From Gemmatimonadota bacterium (GTDB lineage Bacteria > Gemmatimonadota > Gemmatimonadetes > Palauibacterales > Palauibacteraceae): a DNA stretch of 64,000 bases. The stretch lies in assembly GCA_022820995.1 (NCBI GenBank), contig JAJEEM010000039.1, forward strand, positions 20,203-84,202, in the 5' to 3' direction. Made by a program: the position numbers and the translations under genes. This document shows positions 38,042 through 48,237 of the stretch, piece after piece (within the stretch, counting starts at the first letter, position 1; each line of letters begins with the position of its first letter). Under the pieces are notes generated by a model. That model was not told where the DNA came from and ran no database searches. It was given only the letters and a program-made list of their open reading frames with translations.

Positions 38042-38832
38042 ACCCCCCGGATGCCGGGGCCCGGACGCTCGCTCGCGCCTTTCTTGAGCAGACGCTCTCC
38101 TCGGAAGGGAACGCACTCCTGCTCGAACACGCGACGCGCGAACAGGTCCTGCGTCGCCTGGCCTCGACCGGGCGCGTGGCGCCCGCGCGCGGCGCGACTC
38201 CCCCGGACGCGGGCGCGAGCCCGGCCCCCGCGGTGACGGCGTCGGAGATCGCGTCGGCGCGGGACCTCGAGAGCCTGGCCGCGCTCGTCGCCTCCTGCAC
38301 GCGCTGCACCCTCCATGAATCCCGGAAGAACCCGGTCTTCGGCGAGGGCGCGGCGCACGCCCGCGTCGTCTGCGTGGGCGAGGCGCCCGGGAAGCACGAG
38401 GACGACACCGGCCGCCCCTTCGTCGGCCGCGCCGGCCAGTTGCTCGACCGCCTGCTGATGTCGATCGGGCTCCCGCGGACGTCCGTCTATATCTGCAACG
38501 TGCTCAAGTCCCGGCCGCCCCGGAACCGCGACCCGCTTCCCGAAGAGGTGGCGGCCTGCGCTCCCTATCTCCTGCGGCAGCTTGCGCTCATCGAACCCGA
38601 GGTGATCATCGCCTTCGGCGCCTTCGCCGCGCGCACGCTCCTCGAGACGAAATCCGCGCTCGGCCGGCTCCGCGGCACCGTGCACCGCTATTCCGGGTAC
38701 CCTGTCGTCGCCACCTATCACCCGGCCGCGCTGCTCCGTAACCCCGGCTGGATCCGGCCGACGTGGGAGGATCTGCAGATCGTGCGCGGCATGCTCGACG
38801 GCGCCGGAGATCGCGAGGCCCGCATTGGCTGA
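38038..38832 (+). CDS. Uracil-DNA glycosylase family 4
   Basis: TTGA overlap; CTRC, VGEAPG..D..GRPFVG, NVLKSRPP, TYHPAALLR. Confidence 0.92.
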   Translation: MNPPDAGARTLARAFLEQTLSSEGNALLLEHATREQVLRRLASTGRVAPARGATPPDAGASPAPAVTASEIASARDLESLAALVASCTRCTLHESRKNPVFGEGAAHARVVCVGEAPGKHEDDTGRPFVGRAGQLLDRLLMSIGLPRTSVYICNVLKSRPPRNRDPLPEEVAACAPYLLRQLALIEPEVIIAFGAFAARTLLETKSALGRLRGTVHRYSGYPVVATYHPAALLRNPGWIRPTWEDLQIVRGMLDGAGDREARIG

Positions 38833-40210
38833 GACGGCGATCAGCCTCCCCAGCGACGAGATCGAGGCCCGGCGCACGCCCTGGTCCGAGGAAGCCGAGA
38901 TCTCGGTCCTCGGGGCGATGCTCATCGACGGCGACGCCGTAGCCGTCGCCCTCGAACGAATCGACGATTCCGCCTTCCACCGGGAAGGCAACCGCCGGAT
39001 CTTCCGCGCGATGGTGCGCCTGTACGGGCGCGGCGACGTGATCGACGCGGTCACGCTCGCGGACGAACTGCAGACCGCGGCGGAACTCGATGCCGTCGGC
39101 GGGATGGCGTACCTCGCGAAGCTCGTGGACGCCGTGCCCACCGCCGCCAACATCGCCTACCACTGCCGGATTCTGCGCGACAAGACAGTGCTTCGGCGAC
39201 TCATCTCCAGCGCCACCGAGATCATCCAGGACGCCTACGAAACGGGATCGGGCGAAGTCGACGAGACGCTCGACCGCGCGGAGCAGAGGATCTTCGAGAT
39301 CTCGCAGGCGGAGCAGCGCGGAACCTTCGTCCGCATCAAGGAAGTTCTGCGCTCGACGATGGATCGGATCGACGAACTCGTGCGGAACCCGGGCTCGATC
39401 ACCGGCGTCGCATCGGGATTCCCCGATCTCGACCGGATGACGGCGGGGTTCCAGCCGGCCGACTTGATCGTCCTTGCCGGGCGCCCCTCCATGGGCAAGA
39501 CGGCTCTCGCCCTGAACATCGCCCAGCACACGGCGATCGGCGGGGACGTCCCGGTGGCGATCTTCTCGCTCGAAATGTCGAGAGAGTCGCTCGTCCAGCG
39601 GATGCTGAGCGCGGAGTCCAAGGTGGATTCGAGCCGGATCCGGACGGGGCGGCTGTCGTCCGACGACTTCACGCGGCTGGCGAGCGGAGCCGGACACCTG
39701 AACACGGCGCCGATCTGGATCGACGACACGCCCGCGATCTCGCCGATCGAACTCCGGGCCAAGGTGCGGCGGCTGCACGCGGAAGTCGGCGTCGGGCTCG
39801 TCGTGCTCGACTACCTGCAGCTGATGTCCGGCGGCGCGCGCGTCGAGAACCGACAGCAGGAAATCAGCGCGATCTCCCGGTCGCTCAAGGCGATCGCGAA
39901 GGAGGTCGGCGTGCCGCTCCTCGCCCTCTCCCAGCTCTCGCGGGCGCCCGAACAGCGCGAGGGGAATCGGCCGCGGCTCTCGGACCTGCGCGAGTCCGGG
40001 GCGATCGAACAGGATGCGGACGTCGTCCTCTTCATCTTCCGCGAGGAGATGCACCGCAAACCGGAAGAGGTGGAGGAACGGGGATTGGCGGGGAAGGCCG
40101 AACTCATCGTGGGCAAGCAGCGCAACGGGCCGACCGGAACCGTCGAACTCTATTTCCACAAGGCCTTCACGGCGTTCGAATCCGTGAGCCGCCGTCCGGA
40201 ACCCGACTAG
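38825..40210 (+). CDS. dnaB: Replicative DNA helicase (no intein)
   Basis: AGRPSMGKT, FSLEMS, DYLQL, SQLSR, LSDLRESGAIEQDAD, KQRNGP. Confidence 0.98.
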   Translation: MAETAISLPSDEIEARRTPWSEEAEISVLGAMLIDGDAVAVALERIDDSAFHREGNRRIFRAMVRLYGRGDVIDAVTLADELQTAAELDAVGGMAYLAKLVDAVPTAANIAYHCRILRDKTVLRRLISSATEIIQDAYETGSGEVDETLDRAEQRIFEISQAEQRGTFVRIKEVLRSTMDRIDELVRNPGSITGVASGFPDLDRMTAGFQPADLIVLAGRPSMGKTALALNIAQHTAIGGDVPVAIFSLEMSRESLVQRMLSAESKVDSSRIRTGRLSSDDFTRLASGAGHLNTAPIWIDDTPAISPIELRAKVRRLHAEVGVGLVVLDYLQLMSGGARVENRQQEISAISRSLKAIAKEVGVPLLALSQLSRAPEQREGNRPRLSDLRESGAIEQDADVVLFIFREEMHRKPEEVEERGLAGKAELIVGKQRNGPTGTVELYFHKAFTAFESVSRRPEPD

Positions 40211-40935
40211 TGCCGGCGGAAGGCCCGGCGGCCGTCGGCGTCGGCGCCGTCGTCGTCGCGGCGGGGCAGGGACACCGCTTCGGCGCGCCGCAGCCCAAGC
40301 AGTTCGTCGACCTCTGCGGCATGCCCGTTCTCGCCTGGTCGCTGCGGACTCTCGTGAATCATCCCGATGTCGATCGCGTCGTGGTCGTGCTGTCGCCGTC
40401 GCGGGCGGCCTCGCCCCCGGCCTGGCTTCCGGACGGGGTTCTCGTCGTGCCGGGCGGGGTGTTTCGCGCCGATTCCGTGCGTGCCGGCGTCGAGGCCCTG
40501 GCGGGTGGCGTCGAAACCGTGCTCGTGCACGATGGGGCGCGTCCGTTCGTGTCCGCCGCGCTCGTTTCCCGCGTCGTGGACGGAGCCCGGGCGGGCCCGG
40601 TGGTGCCGGTGGTCGCCGTGGAGGACACGGTGAAGCGCGTGGACGAGGGCGGCTGGATCGAGGGGACCGTGCCGCGCGAGCGACTCCGCCGCGTACAGAC
40701 GCCGCAGGGGTTCCCGGCCCGGGTGCTGAACCGCACCCACGCGATCGACGATGCGGGCACATGGGAAGCGCAGGACGCCGGCGCCGTGACGGACGACGCG
40801 CTGCTGTGCGAACGGCTCGGCATCGACGTCGCGACGGTGGAGGGAGATCCGGCCAACCTGAAGATCACGACAGCGGAGGACCTCGCGCTCGCGCGCGCCA
40901 TGGTTGAGACCGGGTTGATCGCTGCGGGGAACTAG
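40210..40935 (+). CDS. ispD: 2-C-methyl-D-erythritol 4-phosphate cytidylyltransferase
   Basis: AAGQG.RFG..PKQF, VHDGARP, VQTPQGF, TDDA, NLKITT.EDL. Confidence 0.93.
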   Translation: MPAEGPAAVGVGAVVVAAGQGHRFGAPQPKQFVDLCGMPVLAWSLRTLVNHPDVDRVVVVLSPSRAASPPAWLPDGVLVVPGGVFRADSVRAGVEALAGGVETVLVHDGARPFVSAALVSRVVDGARAGPVVPVVAVEDTVKRVDEGGWIEGTVPRERLRRVQTPQGFPARVLNRTHAIDDAGTWEAQDAGAVTDDALLCERLGIDVATVEGDPANLKITTAEDLALARAMVETGLIAAGN

Positions 40936-41684
40936 TGGGAACCGGTGTCGGGTCGTTGTTTCATGGAGACGGGAGCGGGAGCGGTATCGACGTGGTGAAG
41001 TGGCGCGAGTGGGCGGGCGGTTCGGAGGCCGCCGGGCGGGGCCGGACTCTGGCGACGGATGATGACGCGCTCGACCGGGCGGCGGTGCTGCTCGACGCCG
41101 GGGGGGTCGTGGCGCACCCGACCTCGACGGTGTACGGGCTGGGGGGCCGGCCGCGGCCGGAGGTCGACGCGCGGGTCGCCGCGATCAAGGGTCGGCCGCC
41201 GGGGCCGCTGATCCGGCTCGCCGCGAGCCGCGATGCGCTCATCGAGGCGTTGCCGGGGGCGCGGTGGACGGCCGCCGCGCGCCGGCTCGCCGATGCATTC
41301 TGGCCCGGGCCGCTGACTCTCGTGCTGGAGGACGGCACCGACACCGGCGTGGCCGTGCGCGTCGACCCTCATCCGGTCGTGAGACGCCTCCTCGATCGGG
41401 CCGGCGGGCTGCTCACGTCTACCAGCCTGAACGTGACGGGGAGGTCTCCGGCGAGGACGGGCCGGGAGGTGCGCGCCGTCCTGTCGGAGGTCGGGTCCGG
41501 GGCGGGAACCGTGGGCTGGCTCGACGCGGGCGATCTCGCCGGCTCGGCGCCGTCGACCCTCGTGCGCGTGACGGGGGCCGCGGCCGAACTCCTCCGGGAG
41601 GGCGCCGTGTCGGCGGCGGATGTCGCCCGGACCCTCTCGGCGCACCCCCGATCCCCGCATCCTGTCGGAGGATCGTGCCGATGA
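40935..41684 (+). CDS. tsaC: L-threonylcarbamoyladenylate synthase (TsaC/YrdC)
   Basis: PTSTVYGL, KGRP..PL, WPGPLT, TSLN, PSTLV. Confidence 0.88.
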   Translation: MGTGVGSLFHGDGSGSGIDVVKWREWAGGSEAAGRGRTLATDDDALDRAAVLLDAGGVVAHPTSTVYGLGGRPRPEVDARVAAIKGRPPGPLIRLAASRDALIEALPGARWTAAARRLADAFWPGPLTLVLEDGTDTGVAVRVDPHPVVRRLLDRAGGLLTSTSLNVTGRSPARTGREVRAVLSEVGSGAGTVGWLDAGDLAGSAPSTLVRVTGAAAELLREGAVSAADVARTLSAHPRSPHPVGGSCR

Positions 41685-42169
41685 ACCTTCTCTTCGTGTG
41701 CACCGGCAACATCTGCCGCAGTCCGATGGCCGAGGCGATCGCGCGTGCGGAGGCCGCCGCCCGGGGATGGACGGAAGTCTCCTGCGCATCGGCGGGCACC
41801 TTCGCGCTTCCCGGCCGGCCGGCCTCGGGTCCCGGGATCGCGGTCGCCGCCGCGCACGGCCTCGACCTCGCTGGGCACGCCTCGCGGGAACTCTCGCTCG
41901 AACTGCTCGAATGGGCGGACCTGATCATCGGCATGGAGGCGTCCCACGCCGGAGCGGCGGCGCGCCTGGCTCCGGACGCGGCGGTCCACGTCATGACGGA
42001 CTTCCTGCCCGAGGAGCACGCGCGGAGCGCGGGCGGGGTCCCGGATCCGTACGGCGGCGACTTCGAGACGTACGAGGCGACGCGGGCGCTGCTGACGCTC
42101 GCCATGCGGGGGCTCTTCGACGCGCTCGGCGAAGATGCGGGGGGAGGACGCGAAGGTTCCGGGCCGTGA
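41681..42169 (+). CDS. Low-molecular-weight protein tyrosine/arginine phosphatase
   Basis: CTGNICRS P-loop and DPYGG. Confidence 0.93.
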   Translation: MNLLFVCTGNICRSPMAEAIARAEAAARGWTEVSCASAGTFALPGRPASGPGIAVAAAHGLDLAGHASRELSLELLEWADLIIGMEASHAGAAARLAPDAAVHVMTDFLPEEHARSAGGVPDPYGGDFETYEATRALLTLAMRGLFDALGEDAGGGREGSGP

Positions 42170-43071
42170 CCCTCCGCTTCGCGCTCCTCGGGGACCCCGT
42201 GCGGCACTCGATTTCACCCGCGATGCACCGCGCGGCCTTCGAGGTTCTCGGACTCGACGCGGAATACACCGCCCGCCGGACCGCGCCGGACGAGGTCGGA
42301 CCCATCATGCAGGGCGCGGATCTGGCGGGCGGGAACGTGACGCTCCCGCACAAGCTGCGGGCGGCCCGAGCGCTCGCTCGACCCGGCGCCGCGGTCCGGG
42401 CGACCGGGGCGTGCAACTGCTGGTGGCGACGGCCGGACGGCGAACTCGCGGGTGACAACACGGACGTCGGCGGGCTCCGCCTTGCCCTTTCCCGTTTCGG
42501 CTTCGAGCCGCGGGGCGCGCGCGTCCTCCTCCTGGGCGCCGGGGGGGCGGCCCGGGCGGCGGTCCATGCGCTGCTCGAAGGCGGGGTGTCGTCCGTCGAG
42601 ATCCTCAACCGGACGCCGGCACGGGCCCAGGCCCTGCGTGACCGGGCGCTGGCCCACGCGGCGGAAGCCGACAGCGCGGCCGACACCCACCGCGTCGCCG
42701 AGGGCGTGCGCGTCGTCGCCGCGCCCCACGCCGGTGCGACGTACGATCTCGTACTGAACTCGACGAGCCTCGGGCTCGCTTCCGGCGACCCGCTCCCCCT
42801 CGACCTCGATCGGGGCGCGGTCCGGGGGCGGTGCGGCGCCGCCTTCGACATGGTGTACGCGGCGGGAGGGACGGCGTGGATTCGCCACGCGCGCGGGCTC
42901 GGCATCCGGGCCATGGGCGGACTCGACATGCTCGTGGGCCAGGCGGCGCTCTCGCTCGAGCGATGGTTCCCCGGCCGCCCGGCCCCGTTCGAGGCGATGC
43001 GGGAGGCGGCCGTGGCTGAACTCGCGAGTCGGCCGGGGCCGGAACCCGGGGACGGATCGCGCCCCGCGTGA
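42166..43071 (+). CDS. aroE: Shikimate dehydrogenase
   Basis: GDPVRHSISP, NVTLPHK, NTD, GAGGAARA, DMVY, GLDMLVGQA. Confidence 0.93.
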   Translation: MTLRFALLGDPVRHSISPAMHRAAFEVLGLDAEYTARRTAPDEVGPIMQGADLAGGNVTLPHKLRAARALARPGAAVRATGACNCWWRRPDGELAGDNTDVGGLRLALSRFGFEPRGARVLLLGAGGAARAAVHALLEGGVSSVEILNRTPARAQALRDRALAHAAEADSAADTHRVAEGVRVVAAPHAGATYDLVLNSTSLGLASGDPLPLDLDRGAVRGRCGAAFDMVYAAGGTAWIRHARGLGIRAMGGLDMLVGQAALSLERWFPGRPAPFEAMREAAVAELASRPGPEPGDGSRPA

Positions 43072-43895
43072 GGGCCGTGGCGCGCGCCGGCCGACTCCGT
43101 CTCGTGGGCAGGGCGGCGGCCGCGGCCTTCGATGCGCTCGTGCCCGCCGCGTGCGTGGGGTGCCGACGCGGCGTCGCTCCGGATGGCCCGCCGCTGTGCG
43201 CCCTCTGCCGGTCGCGATTCCCCCGCCTCGCGAGTCCCCGCTGCCCGCGCTGCGCCCAGCCGCTCGGCAACATCGCCGCGGCGGCCGGGGCCCCGGCACA
43301 GGGGCGGCCGGTACGGTGCGGCACCTGTGAGGAGTGGCCCGATGTCCTCGTCGCGGCCGACGCGCCTTTCGTCTTCAAAGGCCTGGCTGCCCGGACGGTG
43401 CATGCCCTGAAGTACGACCGCTGGCGCGCCCTCGCTCCGTGGATGGCGGCCCGCATGGCTCCCGGCGCCGAGGCGATGGCGTCCCGCATCGGCGGAGCCG
43501 CGCCCTGGCTGGTCCCGGTGCCGCTGACGCCCGCCCGGCAGCGGGAACGGGGATTCAACCAGGCTGCGGAACTCGCCGGCGCGCTGGCCGACCGCGGCGT
43601 GGGGTCGCTGGGGTCGTTCCTCGGCCGCCGCCCGGGGGGCGGCCGCCAGGCGGGCGTCCGCGGGGCACTGCGCCGGGCGAACGTACAGGGCCGTTTCCGG
43701 TTGCGCGCCGGCCTCCCGGACGAGCGCCGAAGCGCGATTGTCGTGGATGATGTGCTCACGACCGGAGCGACCGCGATCGCCTGCGCCGAGACGCTGGCCG
43801 AGGCTGGATTCCGCAGCGTGGCCACCGTTAGTTTTGCGCGCACCTTGCGTCCCCTGGACGGGGACGAATCCACGACCGGGGTACTTCGCCCCTAG
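43068..43895 (+). CDS. comF: ComF family double zinc ribbon/phosphoribosyltransferase protein
   Basis: CxxC pairs, [22 protein letters not shown]. Confidence 0.9.
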   Translation: MRAVARAGRLRLVGRAAAAAFDALVPAACVGCRRGVAPDGPPLCALCRSRFPRLASPRCPRCAQPLGNIAAAAGAPAQGRPVRCGTCEEWPDVLVAADAPFVFKGLAARTVHALKYDRWRALAPWMAARMAPGAEAMASRIGGAAPWLVPVPLTPARQRERGFNQAAELAGALADRGVGSLGSFLGRRPGGGRQAGVRGALRRANVQGRFRLRAGLPDERRSAIVVDDVLTTGATAIACAETLAEAGFRSVATVSFARTLRPLDGDESTTGVLRP

Positions 43896-43923
43896 CAGCC
43901 AGTTCTTCCCGAGAGGAATCCGA

Positions 43924-44952
43924 ATGAGTGTGAGGGTTGCCATCAACGGTTTCGGCCGCATCGGCCGGAATATCCTCCGCGCGGCGCTTCAGAACCCGCG
44001 CGGGGACCTTGATTTCGTCGCGATCAACGATCTCACGGATGCGGCGACGCTCGCCCATCTGTTCAAGTACGACTCCGTGCACGGGCGCTTTCCCGGCGAA
44101 GTGCGCGTGGAAGACGGAGAACTCGTGGCGGGGGAGGAACGCGTCCGCGTCTTTTCCGAGCGCGACCCGGCCGACCTCCCGTGGGCGGAGCTCGACGTGG
44201 ACATCGTGATCGAATCCACGGGCATCTTCCGCAAGCGGGAGGATGCGACCCGGCACCTGCGCGCCGGCGCGAAGAAAGTCCTCATCTCCGCCCCGGGCAT
44301 CGAGCCGGACATCACCCTCGTCCTCGGCGTGAACGCGGACGAATACGACCCGGCGAAGCACGACGTGATCTCGAACGCGAGCTGCACGACCAACTGCATC
44401 GCTCCGGTCGTGAAGGTGCTGCTGGACCGCTTCGGTTTCGAGCGCGGCCTGATGACGACGGTCCACGCGTACACGAACGGGCAGCAGCTCCTCGACCTCC
44501 CGCACAAGGACCTCAGGCGCGCCCGCGCCGCCGCGGTCTCCATCATCCCCACGACGACGGGAGCGGCGAAGGCAGTGGGTCTCGTTCTCCCGCAGGTGAA
44601 AGGGAGGCTGGACGGGATGGCGATGCGCGTCCCGACTCCGGACGTGTCGATCGTGGACCTCGTGGCCACCGTGTCGCGGGACACCTCGGCGGACGAGATC
44701 AACACCGCGTTTCGCGAGGCGGCGGAGGGACCGCTCGACGGCGTGCTCGACTACACCGAGGAACCGCTCGTCTCCATCGACTTCACGGGACACCCGGCGA
44801 GCGCGATCGTCGACGCGCAATCGACGTCGGTCATGGACGGTACGCTCGTGAAGGTCATCTCGTGGTACGACAACGAGTGGGGATATTCGAACCGCCTCGT
44901 GGACCTGGCGAGTTTCGTCGGAGAGCGTCTGCCCGCCACCGTCGGGGCCTGA
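43924..44952 (+). CDS. gap: Glyceraldehyde-3-phosphate dehydrogenase
   Basis: [27 protein letters not shown]; GAGAGG RBS. Confidence 0.98.
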   Translation: MSVRVAINGFGRIGRNILRAALQNPRGDLDFVAINDLTDAATLAHLFKYDSVHGRFPGEVRVEDGELVAGEERVRVFSERDPADLPWAELDVDIVIESTGIFRKREDATRHLRAGAKKVLISAPGIEPDITLVLGVNADEYDPAKHDVISNASCTTNCIAPVVKVLLDRFGFERGLMTTVHAYTNGQQLLDLPHKDLRRARAAAVSIIPTTTGAAKAVGLVLPQVKGRLDGMAMRVPTPDVSIVDLVATVSRDTSADEINTAFREAAEGPLDGVLDYTEEPLVSIDFTGHPASAIVDAQSTSVMDGTLVKVISWYDNEWGYSNRLVDLASFVGERLPATVGA

Positions 44953-44973
44953 GCGGCCCGCGCCCGTCCCTCC

Positions 44974-46170
44974 GTGATCAGGACCCTACGTGACCTCCCG
45001 GCCGGACTGGCCGGGAAGCGCGGGCTCGTGCGGGTGGACTACAACGTGCCGCTCGACGCCGGGCAGGTTGCGGACGCGACGCGCATCGAAGCCTCGCTGC
45101 CGACGCTCCGGTGGTTGCTGCGGCGTGACGTGCGGCCCGTGCTGCTCTCGCATCTGGGCCGGCCGGGCGGACGGCCGGATCCCGCGCTGTCGCTGGCGCC
45201 CGTGGCCGGTGCGCTCGCCGGCCTCCTCGATGCCGAGGTGCTCTTCTCCGCGCCGTGCGACGGTGAAGCGGCGCTCCGCGCCAGCCGCGAACTGACGACC
45301 GGGCAGATCCTCCTCGCGGAGAACACGCGTTTCCTGCCCGGGGAGACGGCGAACGACGACGCCCTCGCCGCCCGGCTCGCCCGGCTCGGCGACTTCTTCG
45401 TCAACGACGCGTTCGGCACGCTGCACCGGGCGCACGCCTCCACGACCGGCGTGCCCGCCCTCCTGAGCCCCTCCGCGGCGGGGCTGCTCGTCGAGCGCGA
45501 ACTCGAGGCGCTTGGCGCGCTCGACCGCCCGCGCCGTCCGTTCGTCGTCGCCTTCGGCGGGGCCAAGATCGGCGACAAGATCGAACTCATGCGCCGCTTC
45601 GTGGAACGCGCCGATCTGCTTCTCGTGGGCGGCGCCATGGCGAACACGTTCCTCCGCGCGCAGGGCATCGAGACCGGCGCCTCGCTCGTCGAGGAGGAGG
45701 CGCTCGATCTCGCCCGGTCGATCCTGGCCGCCGGAGGGGAACGGATCCGGCTGCCGACCGACGTGATCGTCCTGGACCGGCAGGGCGGGGAGGGGGAGCG
45801 CGTCGCGGCGGTCGGGGTCGGCGAAATCGAGCCGGAGATGGCCGCCCTGGACATCGGGCCCGAAACCCGCGCCCGCTATGCCGAAGCGCTGGGCGGGTGC
45901 GCCGCCTTCTTCTGGAACGGCCCCATGGGCCTGTTCGAGGATCCGCGCTTCTCCGCCGGCACCTTCGCCATGGCGGAAGCCGCCGGGGAGGCGACCGTGG
46001 CGGGTGGGTTCACCGTCATCGGAGGCGGCGACTCCGCGGCCGCCGTCCGCCGGGCCGGGCTCCACGACCGCGTATCGCACGTCTGCACCGGCGGCGGCGC
46101 GGCCCTCGAGTACCTGTCGAGCGGGCGTCTGCCCGGACTCGACGTTCTCACCGAAAGGAGACGTCCGTGA
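44974..46170 (+). CDS. pgk: Phosphoglycerate kinase
   Basis: RVDYNVP, SHLGRP, NDAFGTLHR, WNGPMG, TGGGAALE. Confidence 0.97.
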   Translation: MIRTLRDLPAGLAGKRGLVRVDYNVPLDAGQVADATRIEASLPTLRWLLRRDVRPVLLSHLGRPGGRPDPALSLAPVAGALAGLLDAEVLFSAPCDGEAALRASRELTTGQILLAENTRFLPGETANDDALAARLARLGDFFVNDAFGTLHRAHASTTGVPALLSPSAAGLLVERELEALGALDRPRRPFVVAFGGAKIGDKIELMRRFVERADLLLVGGAMANTFLRAQGIETGASLVEEEALDLARSILAAGGERIRLPTDVIVLDRQGGEGERVAAVGVGEIEPEMAALDIGPETRARYAEALGGCAAFFWNGPMGLFEDPRFSAGTFAMAEAAGEATVAGGFTVIGGGDSAAAVRRAGLHDRVSHVCTGGGAALEYLSSGRLPGLDVLTERRRP

Positions 46171-46943
46171 GTCAGCCGCCGAGCCGGCCGCACACCCCCG
46201 TGTTCGCCGCGAACTGGAAGATGTGCCACGGCCCCGCCGAGACCGGGGCGTTCGTGGAACGGTTCACGGCGCGCTACCGGCGCCGCAGCGACGCGACGGT
46301 GGTCGTGTTCCCCCCCGCCATCAGCCTGCCGGCCTTCGCCGCGGCGGCCTCCGACCGGCCTGACCTCGAGTTCGGCGTGCAGGACGTGCACACCGAGATC
46401 GAAGGCGCGCACACGAGCGGAATCTCGGCGGCCATGGTCCCGGCCACCGGCGCCACCTGGGCGTTGGCGGGCCACTCCGAACGCCGGCGCGAGTTCGGCG
46501 ACGCCGATGCGGATGTGGGACGCAAGCTCGTCCGCATCCTGGAGGCCGGCCTCCGTCCCGTCCTGTGCGTGGGAGAGACGCTCGATGAGCGGGAGTCCGG
46601 ACGGCTCGCGGTGGTGCTCGAGACGCAGATCCGGGAAGCGGTTCGCCCCCTCGGCCGCGAGGGCCGGGCCCACCTCGTCTACGCCTACGAGCCTGTGTGG
46701 GCGATCGGCACCGGACGCACGGCGAGCCCCGCCGACGCCGCGGAGGCCCACGCCCTCGTGCGCGAGCAGCTGGCGCGCGCCGAAGGGTGCGATGCCGAAC
46801 GGGCGGCGATCCTCTACGGCGGGAGCGTCAAGCCGGCCAACATCGAGGCGCTCCTCGCGGCCCCCGGCGTGGACGGCGTGCTCGTGGGCGGTGCGAGTCT
46901 CGATCCCGACAGCTGGGCCGCGATCTGCGCGGCGGGCCGGTAA
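46167..46943 (+). CDS. tpiA: Triosephosphate isomerase
   Basis: ANWKM, GHSERR, AYEPVWAIGTG, LYGGSV, LVGGASL; GTGA overlap. Confidence 0.97.
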   Translation: MSQPPSRPHTPVFAANWKMCHGPAETGAFVERFTARYRRRSDATVVVFPPAISLPAFAAAASDRPDLEFGVQDVHTEIEGAHTSGISAAMVPATGATWALAGHSERRREFGDADADVGRKLVRILEAGLRPVLCVGETLDERESGRLAVVLETQIREAVRPLGREGRAHLVYAYEPVWAIGTGRTASPADAAEAHALVREQLARAEGCDAERAAILYGGSVKPANIEALLAAPGVDGVLVGGASLDPDSWAAICAAGR

Positions 46944-47012
46944 AGTGTAACTGGCCCCGTCCGTCCGTCCCCTCTAGTTTTATCGGCTGATCCAACCAAT
47001 GGCAGGTAGACG

Positions 47013-47468
47013 ATGTTCCCGTTCCTGATTCTGTTGATTTCGGTGATCGCGCTCGTGCTGTGCGTGATGATCCTCCTCCAGTCCGCCAAGGGCGGTGGGC
47101 TCGCCGCGTCCTTCGGCGGCGCCTCGTCCTCGACGGACTCCTTCATGGGAGGGCGTCAGGCGGCCAACGCGCTGACGAAGATGAGCTGGTACGGCGGGGG
47201 GAGTTTCCTCTTCCTCGCGCTCGTGCTCACCGTGCTCTCCTCACGTCCGGATGCGGCGCCGGAATCGATCCTGCGTCAGGGACTTCCCGGCCAGCAGAGC
47301 CTCCCCGAAGCGCCGGCTTCCCTGCTGGAGGCGCCGCCCGACCTCGGGGAAGGCGCGGCTCCGTCCGATGAGGCCGCGGCGGGAGCGGAGGAAGGCGCCG
47401 CCGTTCCCGATGGGACGGAAGGCGAGGAAGGGGACCCCGGTTCCGGGAGCGGCAACCCCGGTTCGTAG
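47013..47468 (+). CDS. secG: Preprotein translocase subunit SecG
   Basis: ILLQSAKGGGL..FGG; two TM helices; tpiA-secG synteny. Confidence 0.93.
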   Translation: MFPFLILLISVIALVLCVMILLQSAKGGGLAASFGGASSSTDSFMGGRQAANALTKMSWYGGGSFLFLALVLTVLSSRPDAAPESILRQGLPGQQSLPEAPASLLEAPPDLGEGAAPSDEAAAGAEEGAAVPDGTEGEEGDPGSGSGNPGS

Positions 47469-47494
47469 CCCGGAACCCCGGTTCCCGGCCGAGC

Positions 47495-48145
47495 TCAGTC
47501 CCCGGCGGCCCTCTCCGGAGCGGGGGGGCGGGGGTCCTCCGTGAACGCGTCGCTCGGCAGATCCAGGAACTCGACGAACCGCTCCTTCTCCTGCGCCTCG
47601 GCGAGCCAGCTCTCGAACCCGGACGGGACCAGTCCATCGGTGCCGCATCGATCCCGCGCCGCCGTCACCGCGAGGTGATCCGCGTAGGAGTTCTTCACGT
47701 CGTCGGCGTGTCCGCGGGTCCAGCGCCACTCGACGCGATGCCGGGCCGCGACCCGCACGAGTTCCCGCCACAGATCGAGGTTCTCGATCGGTCCGCCCTT
47801 CCGGCGCCAGCCGCGCCGGGCCCAGCCGTGCACCCACTCCTTCATGCCCCGGACGAGATACTGGCTGTCGCTCGTGAACACGACGCGACACACCCGCCGC
47901 AGGGCGCCCAGGCCGACGATCCCGGACGTGATCGCCATCCGGTTGTTCGTCGTGTCCGGATCGAAGTGGGCGAAGTCCCGCCGGTACCAGCCGCCGCGCT
48001 CGTCGAACCGTTCGATGAGGCCGGCGGCCGCCCCCGGATTCCGCCGATTCTCGAACTGGTTGCCGAGGCAGGACTCGTCGGCGAAGATATGAACGAGCGG
48101 AGCATCGGTGCCGCTCTCCCGCCCGGGTCCGGAGTCGGTGGTCAA
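47495..48145 (-). CDS. rnhA: Ribonuclease HI (variant active site)
   Basis: FADESCLGN, TTNNRMA, SDSQY, GWARRGW, NLDLW, WTRGH, N.YAD; TTG start after GGGAGG. Confidence 0.9.
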   Translation of the reverse strand: MTTDSGPGRESGTDAPLVHIFADESCLGNQFENRRNPGAAAGLIERFDERGGWYRRDFAHFDPDTTNNRMAITSGIVGLGALRRVCRVVFTSDSQYLVRGMKEWVHGWARRGWRRKGGPIENLDLWRELVRVAARHRVEWRWTRGHADDVKNSYADHLAVTAARDRCGTDGLVPSGFESWLAEAQEKERFVEFLDLPSDAFTEDPRPPAPERAAGD

Positions 48146-48237
48146 CGCGCCTCCCGCGGCTTGGGTTCGCCCGGCACGCGGGCCGCGAGCCGATGCCCGG
48201 GTCCCCGCACCTTCAACCGCCACATTGGACGCGCCAC

